From an uncultured Gemmatimonadales bacterium (GTDB taxonomy: Bacteria > Gemmatimonadota > Gemmatimonadetes > Longimicrobiales > Longimicrobiaceae): a stretch of DNA of 64,000 bases. Shown here in pieces: positions 50,301 through 62,494 of the stretch. Both the position numbers and the translations under genes were made by a program. The DNA lies in assembly GCA_963716255.1 (NCBI GenBank), contig OY970303.1, positions 5,728,001 through 5,792,000 of the forward strand, written 5' to 3'. Every line of letters begins with the position of its first letter. Positions within the stretch are counted from its first letter, which is position 1. The notes beneath the pieces were generated by a model. It had not been told where the DNA came from, did not search any database, and saw nothing but the letters and a program-made list of their open reading frames with translations.

Positions 50301-52334
50301 CTGTTCCTGGAGCTGGCGGAGGGGCGGGACGGCGTGGGCGCCTCGCTGGAGTACGCGGCCGACCTGTTCGACCGGGGGACGGCCGAGCGGATGGCGGAGC
50401 GCTTCGTGGTGCTGCTGGAAGGGATCGCCGCGGAGCCCGACCTCCCCGTGACCGCGCTCCCGCTCCTCGCTGCCGGGGAGCGCGGCCGGGTGCTGTGCGA
50501 GTGGAACGCGACGGACGCGCCCTGGCCGCGCGGGTCCCGCCTGCACGACGCGTTCGCCGCCGCCGCGGCGCGGTCGCCGGACGCGGTCGCGCTGGTGCAC
50601 GGGGAGCGGAGGGTGACGTACGCGGAGCTGGACGCGGCGTCGGCGCGGGTCGCGCGGGAGCTGCGGGCGCGGGGGACGGGGCCGGAGTGCCGGGTGGGGG
50701 TGTGCCTGGAGCGCACCCCGGAGCTGGTGGCCGCGCTGCTGGGTGTGCTCCGCGCGGGCGCCGCGTACGTGCCGCTGGACCCGGCGTACCCGCGCGAGCG
50801 GATCTGCTTCATCCTCCGCAACGCGGCCGTGCCGCTGGTGGTGACGCAGCGCTCGCTGGCGGGCGGCCTCGCTGCGGACGGGGTGGAGCTGCTGCCGGTG
50901 GAGGCGCTGGCGGCGGAGCCCGGCGGCGTCCCCGGGTCCGGCGCGGAGCCGGAGAGCGCGGCGTACCTGATCTACACGTCGGGGTCGACGGGGACGCCCA
51001 AGGGGGTGGTGGTCGAGCACCGCAGCGCGGTGGCGTTCCTGGAGTGGGCGCGCGGCGAGTTCACGGCGGAGGAGCTGTCGGGCGTGCTCGCGTCCACTTC
51101 GGTCTGCTTCGACCTTTCGGTGTTCGAGATCTTTGTCCCGCTGGCCGCGGGCGGGACCGTGGTCCTGGCGGAGAACGCCCTGGAGCTTCCCCGGCTCCCC
51201 GCGCGAGACCGGGTGACGCTGGTGAACACCGTCCCCTCGGCCGCGGCGGAGCTGGTGCGCGCGGGCGGGATCCCGGCTTCGGTGCGCTCGGTGAGCCTGG
51301 CCGGCGAGCCGCTGAAGGGGGCGCTCGCGGAGGCGCTGTACGCGGCGGGCGTGGGGACGGTGCGCAACCTGTACGGCCCGAGCGAGGACACGACGTACTC
51401 CACCTGGGCCCGGGTGCCGCGCGGAAGCGGACGGGAGCCGACGATCGGGCGGCCGGTGGCGAACACGCGGGCGTACGTGCTGGACGGCTCGCTGGAGCCG
51501 GCGCCCGTGGGCGTGCCGGGCGAACTGTACCTGGGCGGCGCGGGGCTGGCGCGCGGCTACCTTGGCCGGCCGGCGCTGACGGCGGAGCGCTTCGTCCCCG
51601 ACCCGTTCGCGGCCGGCGGCGGGCGGCTGTACCGCACGGGCGACCGCGCGCGCTGGCTGACGGCCGGGGAGCTGGAGTTCCTGGGGCGGCTGGACCACCA
51701 GGTGAAGCTGCGCGGCTTCCGCATCGAGCCGGGGGAGGTCGAGGCCGCCCTCCTCCGCCACCCGGCCGTGCGCGAGGCGGTGGTGATGGTGCGCGACGCC
51801 GCGCCGGGCGGGCCGCGGCTGGTCGCGTACGTGGGCACGGGGGACGCGGCCGTGGCCGCCGACGAGCTGCGCGGCCACCTGGCCGCCCTGCTCCCCGCCC
51901 ACATGGTCCCCGCGGACCTGGTGGTGCTCGCCGCGCTCCCCAGGACGCCCAACGGCAAGACGGACCGGGCCGCGCTCCCGGAGCCCGCATCCGCGCCCGC
52001 GGCGGCGTGGACCGCGCCGCGGACGGCGACGGAGGCGGAGCTGGCGCGCATCTGGGCGGAGGCGCTGGGGGTGGAGCGGATCGGTGTGGACGACCACTTC
52101 TTCCGGCTGGGCGGCCACTCGCTGCTGGCGACGCGGGTGCTCGCGGCGGTGTGGGAAAGCTTCGGGGTGGAGGTGCCGCTGCACAGGGTGTTCGACGCGC
52201 CCACGCTGGCGGGGATGGCGAAGGTGGTGGACGGAGAGCGCGAAACGGAGCTCGCCAGGATGCTGGCGGAGCTGGACGACATGTCGGACGAGGAGGCGCG
52301 CCTGCTCCTCGCCGCGGAGGGAGAACAGGGTTGA
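47334..52334 (+). CDS. NRPS, A-T-C-A-T
   Basis: Two A domains, HHVVTDG C domain, two GGHSL T domains; GTG start after GAGGA (ORF track begins at 47253). Confidence 0.95.
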   Translation: MPRSSAPSSYRASGSGAPCLHDAFVAWAARAPGRVALVHGTERVTYGELLVRAERVAGALRMRGVGPEVRVGVCTGRGAEMVAAVLGVLLAGGAYVPLDPKYPRERLDLVLRDAEVRVLVAEARLVDRLPELGGEVVVLDDLEAGSEAFPGKAGAASADNLAYLIYTSGSTGRPKGVQIEHRSAVALLRWADEVFADDVLGGVLASTSLSFDLSVFELFLPLGRGGTLVLAEDALALATLPAREEVTLLNTVPSAAAALVRAGAVPASVRVVCLAGEALKRGLVDELYGLPQVEAVYNLYGPSEDTTYSTWARVPRRDARPPAIGGAVTGTAAYVLDEGMEPVAADASGELYLGGAGVARGYLGRPDATAGAFVPDPFGGEPGARMYRTGDTVRARPDGELEFLGRLDHQVKLRGFRIEPGEVEAVLASAPGVRDAVVVLREDTPGDPRLAAYLVPGAPGTLAVAAVRDFVRARLPGPMVPGAWTVLDALPLTPNGKTDRAALPAPEGMRAADEPAYVAPRTPTERALAAVWAGVLGVERVGAEDDFLELGGHSLLAMRVVARVREALGVELPLAAVLEARTVAGLAARVDALGPAADASPVRWHPAEPDAAPLSFAQQRLWLLDRLHPGSPVYNVPAVVRLQGALDRDALQRALEEIVRRHDALRTTIEVRGGEPVQVAGPAGPVPLPLDDLAAAGGGEPGARLAEAELAEARLPFDLARGPLFRARLLRVAAREHVLLLAMHHVVTDGWSLEVLFRDLAALYAAFAAGRPSPLRELPLRYADFAVAQRQHLTGQALASLLDWWVPRLRGAPSLELPADRPRPARRGLAGAAHRFAVPAAAASRVAALGRAEGATPFMAMLAAFKLFLARHAGEWDVVVGSPVAARARREAEGVVGFFANTLALRTDLAGASTFRELLRRVRETTLGAYAHADLPFERLVEALGGERDPGRTPVFQAMFAVRDRLPELEAGGVRMEMREGETGTAKFDLFLELAEGRDGVGASLEYAADLFDRGTAERMAERFVVLLEGIAAEPDLPVTALPLLAAGERGRVLCEWNATDAPWPRGSRLHDAFAAAAARSPDAVALVHGERRVTYAELDAASARVARELRARGTGPECRVGVCLERTPELVAALLGVLRAGAAYVPLDPAYPRERICFILRNAAVPLVVTQRSLAGGLAADGVELLPVEALAAEPGGVPGSGAEPESAAYLIYTSGSTGTPKGVVVEHRSAVAFLEWARGEFTAEELSGVLASTSVCFDLSVFEIFVPLAAGGTVVLAENALELPRLPARDRVTLVNTVPSAAAELVRAGGIPASVRSVSLAGEPLKGALAEALYAAGVGTVRNLYGPSEDTTYSTWARVPRGSGREPTIGRPVANTRAYVLDGSLEPAPVGVPGELYLGGAGLARGYLGRPALTAERFVPDPFAAGGGRLYRTGDRARWLTAGELEFLGRLDHQVKLRGFRIEPGEVEAALLRHPAVREAVVMVRDAAPGGPRLVAYVGTGDAAVAADELRGHLAALLPAHMVPADLVVLAALPRTPNGKTDRAALPEPASAPAAAWTAPRTATEAELARIWAEALGVERIGVDDHFFRLGGHSLLATRVLAAVWESFGVEVPLHRVFDAPTLAGMAKVVDGERETELARMLAELDDMSDEEARLLLAAEGEQG

Positions 52335-55300
52335 GCGAGCTGTCGCAGCGCCTGGCCGGCCTGTCGCCGGAGAAGCGGAAGCTCCTGGAGCTCCGGCTCA
52401 GGACGAGCCAGGGGGCGCAGGCGGGTGCGCCCATCCCGCCGCGTCCGCGGGGCGGCGACACGGCGCCGCTGTCGTTCGCGCAGGAGCGGCTCTGGCTGGC
52501 GGACCAGCTGGGCGCGGGGACCGGCGTGTACAACATGCCGCACGCGGTCCGGCTGCGCGGGCCGCTGGACGTGGGGGCGCTGCGCGGCGCGCTGGACGCG
52601 GTCGTGGGCCGCCACGAGCCGCTGCGCACCGTCTTCGAGGACCGGGAGGGCGGGCCGGTGCAGCGCGTCCTCCCCCCGGCCCCCGTGCCGCTCGCCCTGG
52701 AGGTGCTTGTCGGGACGCGCGAGGAGCGCGAGGCGCAGGCGGAGCGGCGGGTGCGCGAGGACGCGGCCCGCCCGTTCGACCTGGCCACCGGGCCGCTGCT
52801 GCGCGCGTCGCTGCTGCGGCTGGACGGCGAGGAGCACGTGCTGCTGCTCACCCTGCACCACGCGGCGAGCGACGGGTGGAGCATGGGCGTGTTCTTCCGC
52901 GAGCTGTGCGCCGCCTACGACGCGCTCACGGCGGGGGAGGAGCCGGCGTTTCCGCCGCTCCCCATCCGCTACGCGGACTACGCGGCATGGCAGCGGGAGC
53001 AGCTCGCCGGGCCGGGGATGGAGCGCGACCTGGCCTTCTGGCGCGAGGAGCTGGAGGGCGCGCCCGCCGTCCTGGAGCTCCCCACCGACCGCCCGCGCCC
53101 CGCCGTGCAGAGCTTCCGCGGCGCCCGGCACGCCGTCTCCCTCCCGGCGGAGCTGGTGGAGCGGCTGCGGACGCTGGCCCGCGGCGAGGAGGCGACGCTG
53201 TTCATGGTGCTGCTCGCGGGGTGGCAGCTCCTGCTGGCGCGCTGGTCCGGGCAGGACGACCTGGTGGTGGGCTCGCCGGTCGCCAACCGGCACCGCGCGG
53301 AAACGGAGGGGCTGGTGGGCTTCTTCGTGAACACGCTGGTCTTCCGCGGCCGGCTGGAGGGCGGGCCGTCGTTCCGCGAGCTGCTGCGCCGCGCCCGGCG
53401 CGGCACGCTGGGGGCCTACGCGCACCAGGACCTCCCGCTGGAGGCGATCCTGGACGCGCTGCACGTGGAGCGCGATCCCGCGCGGAACCCGCTCTTCCAG
53501 GCCGCGCTGGTGCTCCAGAACGCGCCCGCGCACCGGCTGGAGATGCGGGGGGTGGAGCTGGAGTTCGTGGAGCAGGGGGGCGGCACGGCCAAGTTCGACC
53601 TGACGCTGGAGGCGTTCGAGTCGCCCGGGGGGATCGCGGGCTCCATCGAGTACGCCACCGACCTGTTCGACGCCGGGACCGTGTCGCGCATGGCGGAGCA
53701 CTTCCGGGTGCTGCTGGAGGGGATCGCCGCGGACCCGGACGCACCGGTCCGGGAGCTTCCGCTGGTCCGCGCCGCGGAGCGCCGGGAGATGCTGGAGTCG
53801 TGGAGCCGCTCGGGGGACCCGGAGCCGCGCCGCGGCTGCCTGCACCGCCTTTTCGAGGCGCAGGCGGACCGGGTGCCGGACGCCGTCGCCGTGGAGATGG
53901 GCGGCGAGGCGCTGACGTACGCGGAGCTGGACCGCCGCGCGAACCGGCTGGCGCGGGCGCTGGCCGCGCGCGGCGTGGGCCCGGACGCACGGGTGGCGCT
54001 GTGCGTGGAGCGCTCGCCGGAGATGGTGGTGGCGATGCTGGCCATCCTCAAGGCGGGCGGCGCGTACGTCCCGCTGGACCCCGGCTACCCGGCGGAGCGC
54101 CTGGCCTTCCTGCTCCGCGATTCGGGCGCGCGGGTGCTGGTGGCGGACGACGGGCTGGCGGAGCGCTTCGGCGACTTCGCCGGGGAGATCGTCCGCATGG
54201 GCGCGGCGAGAAGCGAGGAGCCCGGCGCGGACGATGCCCGGCTGGCCGTGGAGGTGACGCCGGAGCACCTGGCGTACGTGACCTACACCTCCGGGTCCAC
54301 GGGGGAGCCCAAGGGAACGGAGGTGCCGCACCGGGCCTTTGCCGGCTTCTTCGACGGGGTGGGGTACGCGCGCTTCGGCGAGGGCGAGGTGCTGCTGCAG
54401 CACTCGTCCACGTCGTGGGACGCGGCGGCGCTGGAAACGTGGCCGGCTCTGGCCACGGGCGGCAGGTGCGTGCTGTACGAGGGGACCACGCCCGAGCTTC
54501 CCCGGATGGCGGCGGCGATCCGGCGGCACGGCGTCACCACGCTGTGGCTGCCTTCGGCGCTGTTCAACGTGGTGGTGGACGGGATGCCGGAGCTGCTGGA
54601 GGGCGTGCGGCAGCTCCTGGTGGGCGGAGAGGTGGTGTCGCCGGCGCACGCGCGGCGGGCGCTGGAACTGTATCCCGGGCTGCGGCTGGTGAACGGCTAC
54701 GGCCCCAGCGAGTGCACCGTCTTCACCACCTGCTGGCCGGTCCCGGCGGACTTCCGGGGGCACACGCTGCCAATCGGGCGGCCGGTGGGCGACCGCCGCG
54801 CGTACGTGCTGGACGGCGCGCTGGAGCCCGTTCCCCCCGGCGTCCCCGGCGAGCTGTACGTGGGCGGACCGGCGGTGGCGCGGGGGTACCTGGGCAGGGC
54901 GGCGCTCACGGCCGGGAGCTTCGTCCCCGACCCGTTCGGCGGGGAGGGCGGGGCGCGGCTCTACCGCACGGGCGACCGGGTTCGCTGGCGGCCGGACGGG
55001 GCGCTGGAGTTCATGGGGCGCGCGGACCGGCAGGTCAAGGTGCGCGGCTTCCGCGTGGAAACGGGCGAGGTGGAGGCCGCGCTGGCCCGGCACCCGGCGG
55101 TGCGCGAGGCGGCGGTGGTGGCGCGCGGCGACGCGGCCGGGGTCAAGCGCCTGGTGGGCTACGTGGTCCCCCGGGACGTGCTGGTGCCGGACGCGGTGCG
55201 CGAGCACCTGCGCGCCGCGCTCCCGGAGTACATGGTCCCCTCGGCGCTGGTGGTGCTGGACTCGCTCCCGCTCACCCGCAACGGCAAGCTGGACCACCGC

Positions 55301-58300
55301 GCCCTCCCGGCGCCCGCGTGGGAGGACCAGAACCGCTTCGTGGCTCCGCGCACGCAGGACGAGGAGATCCTGGCCGGGATCTGGGCGGAGGTGCTGGGGA
55401 CCGAGCGCGTGGGCGCGCACGACGACTTCTTCGCGCTGGGCGGGCACTCGCTCGCGGCGACGCGCGTGCTTTCGCGCGTGGCGAGGACGCTGGGGACCGA
55501 GGTGCAGCTGCGCGCGCTCTTCGAGGCGCCGACGCTGGAGGGCTTCGCGGCGCGCGTGGCCGCGGCCCGCGTCCGCGAGGCCGGGGCCGAGCTGCCGGCC
55601 ATCGTCCGGGTGGCGCGCTCGCCGTCCGCGCGCGGCGGCGGGCGGACGCGCAGGGGCGCCGCGGGCGCCCCGCCGGCGGCCGCCCCGCAGGCGGCGCCCG
55701 CGCAGGCCGCTCTCGCCCCCCTGCCGCGCGAGGGGGCGCTGCCGCTGTCGTTCGCGCAGGAGCGGCTCTGGTTCGTGGAGCAGCTCCGCCCCGGCGGCAG
55801 CACGTACGCCATGGCGTCGCGCGTGGGCCTGTCGGGCGCGCTGGACGCGGCGTCGCTGCGGCGCGCGCTGGAGGAGATCGTCCGCCGGCACGAGGCGCTG
55901 CGGACCGTGTTCCCGGCCACCGACGGGCGCCCCGAGCAGGTGGTGCTCCCGGCCGCGCCGCTGGCGCTGGAGCCGGAGGACCTGTCCGGCCTGCCGGAGG
56001 CGGAGCGCGCGGCCGAGCTGGACCGCCGCGTCCGCGAAACGGCGCTCGCGCCCTTCGACCTGGAGCGCGGGCCGCTGTTCCGCGTCCGGCTGCTCCGGCT
56101 CGCCCCCGACGAGCACCTGCTCTTCGTGGGGATGCACCACGTGGTCTCCGACGGGTGGAGCCTGGGGGTGCTGTTCGGGGAGATGGCGGCGCTGTACGGG
56201 GCGTTTGCGCGCGGGGAGGAGTCCCCGCTGCCGCCGCTCCCGGTGCAGTACGCGGACTACGCCGCCTGGCAGCGGGACTGGCTGGCGGGGGAGCCGCTGG
56301 AGCGGCAGCTGGCCTGGTGGCGCGGGACGCTGGCGGGCGCGCCACGGGTGCTGGAGCTCCCCGCGGACCGCCCCCGCCCCCCGGTGCAGAGCGGGCGCGG
56401 CGCGCTGCACGCCCTCGCCCTCCCGCGGGAGCTGTCGGACGGGCTGCACGCGCTCGCCCGGCGCGAGGGCGCGACGCTGTTCATGACGCTCCTCGCCGGC
56501 TTCCAGGTGCTCCTGGCGAAGTACTCGGGGCAGGACGACCTGCTGGTAGGGACGCCGGTTGCGGGGCGCACGCGGCCGGAGCTGGAGGGGCTGATCGGCT
56601 TCTTCGTCAACACGCTCGCGCTCCGCGGCCGATTGGACGGCACGGAACGGCCCACCTTCCGCGCGCTGCTGGCCCGCACGCGCGACGAGACGCTGGGCGC
56701 CTTCGCGCACCAGGACCTCCCCTTCGAGCGCCTGGTGGACGCGCTGGAGACGGAGCGCGACCTGGCGCGCAACCCGCTCTTCCAGGTGGTGTTCTCGCTG
56801 CAGTCGGCGGAGCGGGGGACGCCGGAGCCGGCCGGGCTGCGGATGCGCGTGCGGGACGAGGAGACGCACACCGCCAAGTTCGACCTGACGCTGGCGCTCG
56901 TGGACGGCGCCGACGGCGTGTCGGGCTCGCTGGAATACGCCACCGACCTGTTCGACGGCGCCACGGCGGGCCGCATGGCGCGGCACCTGGCGGTTCTCCT
57001 GGCCGGGGTCGCGGCCGACCCCGACGCGCGCCTCGCCGACCTGTCCCTGCTGGACGCCGCCGAGCGCCGGCAGGTGCTGGAGGAGTGGAGCGGCGCCGCG
57101 CTTCCCGCCGGGCCCGCGGCGGCGTGGGCGCCGGTGCACGAGCGCGTTCTCTCGCGCGCCGCGGAGGTCCCGGACGCCGTGGCGCTGGTCGCCGGCGGCG
57201 GGCCGGTGACGTACGTCGAGCTGGCGCGCCGCTCGGCGGAGCTGGCGGACCGCCTCCGCGCCCTGGGTGCCGGCCCGGAAACGCGGGTCGCGCTGCTCGC
57301 CGGGCGCTCGCCGGAGCTGGTGGCGGGGATGCTGGCCGTGCTCCGCGCGGGCGCGGCGTACCTGCCGCTGGACCCGGGCACGCCCGCGGAACGCGTCGCC
57401 GTGATCCTGGAGGACGCGGCGGTGCGGGTGGTGCTCGCGGACGGGTCGACGGCGGAGCGGCTGGAGGGCTTCGGGGGGACGGTCGTGCTGCTCGATACCC
57501 CCCTCCCCCCGGCCCCCTCCCCCGCAAGGGGGGAGGGGGAGCACGGCAACGACACGCCGGCAGCCGAGGGTCAGGAAGCCCTCCCCCAGAATTGGGGGAG
57601 GGTGGCGAGCCTTGGCGAGCCGGGTGGGGGCGCTCCCGCGGGCGCCAGCACGGCGTCTCCCGAATCGGCCGCGTACGTCGTCTACACTTCGGGCTCCACC
57701 GGCACCCCCAAGGGCGTGGTGGTCACCCACGGCGCGCTGGCGAGCCTGGTGGACTGGCACCTGGGTGCGTTCGCGGTGACGGCGGACGACCGGGCGACGC
57801 AGCTGGCGGGGCTGGGCTTCGACGCCTCGGTGTGGGAGACCTGGCCGTACCTGGCGGCGGGGGCCGCGCTGCACCTGGTGGCGGACGACGAGGTGCGGAC
57901 GTCGCCGGAGGCGCTGCGGGCGCTGCTGCTGGAGCGCGGGATCACGCTGGCCTTCGTGCCGACGCCGCTCGCTGAGGGGATGCTGGGGCTGGAGTGGCCG
58001 CGGGACACGGCGCTGCGCGCGCTGCTGGTGGGGGGCGACGCGCTGCGTGCCCGGCCCTCCGCCGGTGTGCCCTTCGCGCTGGTGAACAACTACGGGCCCA
58101 CGGAGAACGCGGTGGTCGCCACGTCGGGCGCCGTCGCGCCGGAGGGCGGAGGCCGCGCCCCCGGGATCGGCCGGCCGATCCGGGGCGTGCGGGCGTACGT
58201 GCTGGACGCGGGGCTGCAGCTCCTGCCGGCGGGCGTCCCGGGCGAGCTGTGCCTGGGGGGCGCCTCGGTCGCGCGGGGATACCTGGGGCGGCCGGAGGGA

Positions 58301-61300
58301 ACGGCGGCGGCGTTCGTCCCCGACGCGCTCTCCGGGGAGCCGGGTGGGCGCATGTACCGCACCGGCGACCGCGTGCGCTGGCTCCCGGGCGGCGAGCTGG
58401 AGTTCCTGGGGCGCATGGACCGGCAGGCCAAGGTGCGCGGCTTCCGCATCGAGCCGGGCGAGGTGGAGGCGGTGCTGCTGGCGCACCCGGGCGTGCGGGA
58501 CGCGGCGGTGGTGGTGCGGGCGGACGCGGCGGGGATGGCGCGCCTGGTGGGCTACGTGGCCGCGGACGGGGCGGCGGAGGCCGGGCTGCGGGAGCACCTG
58601 GCGGCGCGCCTGCCGGAGTACATGGTGCCCTCGGCGCTGGTCTTTCTGGAGACGCTTCCCCTCACTCCCAGCGGCAAGACGGACCGGGCCGCGCTGCCGG
58701 CGCCGGAGCTGGCGGCGGAGGGCGCCTTCGCCGCGCCGCGCACCCCGGCGGAGGAGGTGCTGGCCGGGGTGTGGAGCACGCTGCTGGGCCGCGAGGGCGT
58801 GGGGACGCGCGACAACTTCTTCGCGCTGGGAGGGCACTCGCTCCTGGCCACGCAGGTCATCTCCCGCGTGCGCCAGCTCTTCGGGGTGGAGCTGCCGCTG
58901 CGCGCGCTCTTCGAGGCGCCCACGGTGGCCCGGCTGGCCGCGCGCGTCGAGGCGGCGCGCGGGGAAGGGGCGGGCGAGGACGCGGTGCCGCTGCGCCCGG
59001 CCGAGCGCACCGGGCCGATCCCGGCGTCGTTCGCGCAGGAGCGGCTCTGGTTCCTGGAGCAGATGCGCCCGGGCGAGGCGACGTACGCCATCCCCGCGGC
59101 GCTGCGCATGTCCGGCCCGCTGGACGTGGAGGCGCTGCGGCGCGCGCTGGAGGAGGTGGTGCGGCGCCACGAGGCGCTGCGGACCGTGTTCGCGCGCGCC
59201 GGCGGCCGGCCGGTGCAGGTGGTCCGCCCGGCGGAATCGCTGGCGCTCCCGGTGGAGGAGGTCGCCGCGGGTGAGTCGCCGGACGCGGCGCTGCGGTCGC
59301 GGATGGGCGAGGAGGCGCACCGGCTCTTCGACCTGGAGGCCGGGCCGCTCTTCCGGGTGGCGCTGCTGCGGCTGGGCGCGGACGAGCACGCGCTCCTGCT
59401 TTCCATGCACCACATCGTCAGTGACGGGTGGAGCATGGGGGTGCTGCTGCGGGAGCTGGCGGCGCTGTACTCGGCGTACCTGGCCGGGGATCCGTCGCCG
59501 CTCCCGGAGCTGGCGGTGCAGTACGCGGACTTCGCGGCGTGGCAGCGGGCGTGGCTCCGCGGCGAGGCGCTGGAGCGGCAGGTGGCCTTCTGGCGCGAGC
59601 GGCTGGCCGGCGCGCCCGCCGTGCTGGAATTGCCCACGGACCACCCGCGCCCGGCGGTGCAGGGCTCCCGCGGCGCGGTGCACGCCTTCACCGTCCCCCT
59701 GGCGACGGCGGACGCCGCCCGCGGGCTGGGGCGGAGCGAGGGCGTCACCCTGTTCATGGTGCTGGTCTCCGCCTGGGAGCTGCTGCTTTCGCGCTACTCC
59801 GGCGAGGAGGACCTGGTGGTGGGCGTGCCCACGGCGGGGCGCACGCGGCGCGAGCTGGAGGAGCTGATCGGCTTCTTCGTCAACGCGCTGCCGCTGCGCG
59901 CCGACCTGGCCGGCGACCCTTCCACCCGCGAGCTGCTGGCCCGCACGCGGGAAGGGGTGCTGGGGAGCTACGCGCACCAGGACGTCCCCTTCGAGAAGCT
60001 GGTGGAGGAGCTGCGCGTGGAGCGCAGCCTGGCCCACTCGCCCATCTTCCAGGTGATGTTCACCCTGATGGACGCGCCGCTCACCGTCCCCGAGCTCCCG
60101 GGGCTGGAGATGCGCGCCATGGAGGGGCAGACGGGGACCGCCAAGTTCGACCTGACGCTGGGGGTGATGAACGCGGAGGACGGGCTGCGGTGCGAGCTGG
60201 AGTTCGCCACGGACCTGTTCGACCGCGCCAGCGCGGAGCGGCTGGGGGAGCGCTTCCGGGTGCTGCTGGAGGGGATGATCGCGGACCCGGCGCGCCCGGT
60301 CTCCGGGATCTCCTTCCTGGGCGAGGGCGAGCGCGAGCAGGTGCTGCGCGGCTGGGCCGGCGCGCTCACGGCGTACCCCGCGGACCGGCTGGCCCACCAG
60401 CTGGTGCTGGCGCACGCGGAGCACCGCCCGGACGACGTGGCGCTGGTGGACGGGGACGCGGCGCTCACCTGGGCGGAGCTGGCGGGGCGCGCCGGCCGCC
60501 TGGCCAACCACCTGCGCCGGCGCGGCGTGGGGCCGGAGGCGCGCGTGGCCGTGTGCATGGAGCGCGGCGCGGAGGCGGTGGTGGCGCAGCTGGGCGTGCT
60601 CGCGGCGGGGGCGGCGTACGTGCCGCTGGACCCGGCCTACCCTGCGGAGCGCATCTCCTACGTGGTGGGCGACGCGGGCGCCCCGCTCCTCCTCACCCAG
60701 GCGCGGCTGCGTCCGCGCCTCGCCGGCCTGCCGACCGAGGTGCTGGCGCTGGACGAGGCGTGGCCGCGCATCGCGGCGGAGGAGAGCCCGGAGGCGCCGG
60801 AGAGCGGCGTGTCGGCCGGGAACCTGGCGTACGTGATCTACACCTCGGGCTCCACGGGCCGCCCCAAGGGGGTGCTGGTGACGCACGGCGGCCTCCTCAA
60901 CCTGGTGCACTGGCACCGCCGGGTGTGGGGGGACGGGCCGGGCGACCGCATGACGCAGCTCGCCGGGCCCGGCTTCGACGCCACGGTGTGGGAAACGTGG
61001 CCCTTCCTGGCGGCGGGGACGGAGCTGCACGTGGTGCCGGAGGAGGTGCGCGCGGCGCCCGCCGCGCTCCGCGACTGGCTGCTGGCGTCGCGGATCACCG
61101 TGGCCTTCCTCCCCACGCCGCTGGCGGAGGCGGCGCTGGCGCTGGAGTGGCCGGCGGACGCGCCGCTGCGGACGCTGCACACCGGCGGCGACACGCTGCA
61201 CCTGCGGCCGCGGCCGGGGCTTCCCTTCGCGCTGGTGAACGACTACGGCCCCACCGAGTGCACGGTGATCGCCGCCGCGGGGACCGTGGAGCCGGCGGAG

Positions 61301-62209
61301 GGGAGCGCGCGGGTGCCGGGGATCGGGCGGCCGGTGGACAACATGGCGGCGTACGTCCTGGACGCGGCGCTGAGCCCGGTCCCGCCGGGCATCCCCGGCG
61401 AGCTGTACCTGTCCGGCGATTCGCTGGCGCGCGGCTACCTGGGGAGGGCGGACCTAAGCGCGGAGAAGTGGCTCCCGGACCCGTTCTCGGAGCGCCCGGG
61501 CGCGCGGATGTACCGCACCGCGGACCGGGTGCGCTGGAGGCCGGACGGCGAGCTGGAGTTCATGGAGCGGGTGGACCGGCAGGTCAAGGTGCGGGGCTTC
61601 CGCATCGAGACGGGCGAGGTGGAGGCGGTGATGGCCGAGCACCCGGCCGTGCGCGAGGCGGTGGTGGAGGTGCGCGGCGAGGCGCGCGAGCGCCGGCTGG
61701 TGGGGTACGTGGTCGCCGCGCCGGACGCGCCGCTGGACGCGGCCGAGCTGCGGCGGCACCTGGGCGAGAGGCTCCCGGACTACATGGTCCCCTCCGCCTT
61801 CGTCTTCCTGGAGGCGCTCCCGGTGACACCCAACGGCAAGACGGACCGCGCCGCGCTCCCCGAGCCCCGGCGCGAGGCGGAGGAGGTGACGGACCCGCGC
61901 AACCCCGTGGAGGATGCCGTGGCCGCCGTGTGGCGCGAGGTGCTGGGGCTGGAGCGGGTGGGGGTGCACGACAACTTCTTCGAGCTGGGCGGCCACTCGC
62001 TGCTGCTGGCGCAGGTGCACGCGCGCCTGCGGGAAACGCTGGGCCTGGAGATCCCCATCGTGGACCTGTTCCGCTTCCCCACGGTCGCCGCCCTCGCGGA
62101 GCACCTGGGCGCCGACGCGGCCGGCCCCCGCGGCGGCCCCGGCCGCGGCGGCGAGCGCGCCGCCGCCCGCCGCGCCCTGTCCCGCGGCCGCGGACGGGGC
62201 AGGAGCTGA
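52331..62209 (+). CDS. NRPS, (C-A-T)x3
   Basis: TTG start overlapping the previous stop; N-terminal [10 protein letters not shown] docking helix; HHAASDG, HHVVSDG and HHIVSDG; three A and three T domains; Arg-rich C-terminus. Confidence 0.95.
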   Translation: MSELSQRLAGLSPEKRKLLELRLRTSQGAQAGAPIPPRPRGGDTAPLSFAQERLWLADQLGAGTGVYNMPHAVRLRGPLDVGALRGALDAVVGRHEPLRTVFEDREGGPVQRVLPPAPVPLALEVLVGTREEREAQAERRVREDAARPFDLATGPLLRASLLRLDGEEHVLLLTLHHAASDGWSMGVFFRELCAAYDALTAGEEPAFPPLPIRYADYAAWQREQLAGPGMERDLAFWREELEGAPAVLELPTDRPRPAVQSFRGARHAVSLPAELVERLRTLARGEEATLFMVLLAGWQLLLARWSGQDDLVVGSPVANRHRAETEGLVGFFVNTLVFRGRLEGGPSFRELLRRARRGTLGAYAHQDLPLEAILDALHVERDPARNPLFQAALVLQNAPAHRLEMRGVELEFVEQGGGTAKFDLTLEAFESPGGIAGSIEYATDLFDAGTVSRMAEHFRVLLEGIAADPDAPVRELPLVRAAERREMLESWSRSGDPEPRRGCLHRLFEAQADRVPDAVAVEMGGEALTYAELDRRANRLARALAARGVGPDARVALCVERSPEMVVAMLAILKAGGAYVPLDPGYPAERLAFLLRDSGARVLVADDGLAERFGDFAGEIVRMGAARSEEPGADDARLAVEVTPEHLAYVTYTSGSTGEPKGTEVPHRAFAGFFDGVGYARFGEGEVLLQHSSTSWDAAALETWPALATGGRCVLYEGTTPELPRMAAAIRRHGVTTLWLPSALFNVVVDGMPELLEGVRQLLVGGEVVSPAHARRALELYPGLRLVNGYGPSECTVFTTCWPVPADFRGHTLPIGRPVGDRRAYVLDGALEPVPPGVPGELYVGGPAVARGYLGRAALTAGSFVPDPFGGEGGARLYRTGDRVRWRPDGALEFMGRADRQVKVRGFRVETGEVEAALARHPAVREAAVVARGDAAGVKRLVGYVVPRDVLVPDAVREHLRAALPEYMVPSALVVLDSLPLTRNGKLDHRALPAPAWEDQNRFVAPRTQDEEILAGIWAEVLGTERVGAHDDFFALGGHSLAATRVLSRVARTLGTEVQLRALFEAPTLEGFAARVAAARVREAGAELPAIVRVARSPSARGGGRTRRGAAGAPPAAAPQAAPAQAALAPLPREGALPLSFAQERLWFVEQLRPGGSTYAMASRVGLSGALDAASLRRALEEIVRRHEALRTVFPATDGRPEQVVLPAAPLALEPEDLSGLPEAERAAELDRRVRETALAPFDLERGPLFRVRLLRLAPDEHLLFVGMHHVVSDGWSLGVLFGEMAALYGAFARGEESPLPPLPVQYADYAAWQRDWLAGEPLERQLAWWRGTLAGAPRVLELPADRPRPPVQSGRGALHALALPRELSDGLHALARREGATLFMTLLAGFQVLLAKYSGQDDLLVGTPVAGRTRPELEGLIGFFVNTLALRGRLDGTERPTFRALLARTRDETLGAFAHQDLPFERLVDALETERDLARNPLFQVVFSLQSAERGTPEPAGLRMRVRDEETHTAKFDLTLALVDGADGVSGSLEYATDLFDGATAGRMARHLAVLLAGVAADPDARLADLSLLDAAERRQVLEEWSGAALPAGPAAAWAPVHERVLSRAAEVPDAVALVAGGGPVTYVELARRSAELADRLRALGAGPETRVALLAGRSPELVAGMLAVLRAGAAYLPLDPGTPAERVAVILEDAAVRVVLADGSTAERLEGFGGTVVLLDTPLPPAPSPARGEGEHGNDTPAAEGQEALPQNWGRVASLGEPGGGAPAGASTASPESAAYVVYTSGSTGTPKGVVVTHGALASLVDWHLGAFAVTADDRATQLAGLGFDASVWETWPYLAAGAALHLVADDEVRTSPEALRALLLERGITLAFVPTPLAEGMLGLEWPRDTALRALLVGGDALRARPSAGVPFALVNNYGPTENAVVATSGAVAPEGGGRAPGIGRPIRGVRAYVLDAGLQLLPAGVPGELCLGGASVARGYLGRPEGTAAAFVPDALSGEPGGRMYRTGDRVRWLPGGELEFLGRMDRQAKVRGFRIEPGEVEAVLLAHPGVRDAAVVVRADAAGMARLVGYVAADGAAEAGLREHLAARLPEYMVPSALVFLETLPLTPSGKTDRAALPAPELAAEGAFAAPRTPAEEVLAGVWSTLLGREGVGTRDNFFALGGHSLLATQVISRVRQLFGVELPLRALFEAPTVARLAARVEAARGEGAGEDAVPLRPAERTGPIPASFAQERLWFLEQMRPGEATYAIPAALRMSGPLDVEALRRALEEVVRRHEALRTVFARAGGRPVQVVRPAESLALPVEEVAAGESPDAALRSRMGEEAHRLFDLEAGPLFRVALLRLGADEHALLLSMHHIVSDGWSMGVLLRELAALYSAYLAGDPSPLPELAVQYADFAAWQRAWLRGEALERQVAFWRERLAGAPAVLELPTDHPRPAVQGSRGAVHAFTVPLATADAARGLGRSEGVTLFMVLVSAWELLLSRYSGEEDLVVGVPTAGRTRRELEELIGFFVNALPLRADLAGDPSTRELLARTREGVLGSYAHQDVPFEKLVEELRVERSLAHSPIFQVMFTLMDAPLTVPELPGLEMRAMEGQTGTAKFDLTLGVMNAEDGLRCELEFATDLFDRASAERLGERFRVLLEGMIADPARPVSGISFLGEGEREQVLRGWAGALTAYPADRLAHQLVLAHAEHRPDDVALVDGDAALTWAELAGRAGRLANHLRRRGVGPEARVAVCMERGAEAVVAQLGVLAAGAAYVPLDPAYPAERISYVVGDAGAPLLLTQARLRPRLAGLPTEVLALDEAWPRIAAEESPEAPESGVSAGNLAYVIYTSGSTGRPKGVLVTHGGLLNLVHWHRRVWGDGPGDRMTQLAGPGFDATVWETWPFLAAGTELHVVPEEVRAAPAALRDWLLASRITVAFLPTPLAEAALALEWPADAPLRTLHTGGDTLHLRPRPGLPFALVNDYGPTECTVIAAAGTVEPAEGSARVPGIGRPVDNMAAYVLDAALSPVPPGIPGELYLSGDSLARGYLGRADLSAEKWLPDPFSERPGARMYRTADRVRWRPDGELEFMERVDRQVKVRGFRIETGEVEAVMAEHPAVREAVVEVRGEARERRLVGYVVAAPDAPLDAAELRRHLGERLPDYMVPSAFVFLEALPVTPNGKTDRAALPEPRREAEEVTDPRNPVEDAVAAVWREVLGLERVGVHDNFFELGGHSLLLAQVHARLRETLGLEIPIVDLFRFPTVAALAEHLGADAAGPRGGPGRGGERAAARRALSRGRGRGRS
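57497..57650 (+). repeat. Family-2 palindromic repeat inserted in-frame within an NRPS A domain
   Basis: CCCCCTCCCCCGCAAGGGGGGAGGGG...GGGAGGGTGGCGAGCC..GCGAGCCGGGTGGGGG...CCCGCGG.CGCCAGC matches the intergenic copies. Confidence 0.85.
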
Positions 62210-62313
62210 ACGGACAGGGAACAGGGAACAGCCTGCGACGGCAACGGCGACCCCCTCCCCCCGGCCCCCTCCCCGCAAGGGGGAGGGGGCTCCCGCGGAC
62301 GCCAGCGCGATGC

Positions 62314-62450
62314 CGCGTGAGGGATTTCGGCCCGGAGGGGCGAGACCCCGCGGGCAGTTTCGCGGGGGCTCGACTCCGTAAGGCAGCGTTGTTTGCTGCC
62401 TTACGGAGCCGAAGCCCGACCCCGGCGCAGCCGGGGGCACGCCCGAACCC
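62314..62450 (+). repeat. Family-1 element, copy I (preceded by a family-2 repeat at 62250-62310)
   Basis: Consensus match; variable stem AGGCAGC/GCTGCCT. Confidence 0.93.
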
Positions 62451-62494
62451 GCCGGTAATACCGTTTCAACCGACATCACCAAAGGAGCAGCACA

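Noticed and set aside
50495..52330. N-terminal extension of the 3904-aa ORF
   Set aside because: It overlaps NRPS3 out of frame; the real protein begins at TTG 52331 with a docking helix.
28396..61201. Very long antisense and alternative-frame ORFs over the NRPS genes (e.g. 28396-33840, 33555-38366, 51557-61201)
   Set aside because: Shadow ORFs caused by extreme GC and codon bias; R/P/G-rich with no domain motifs.
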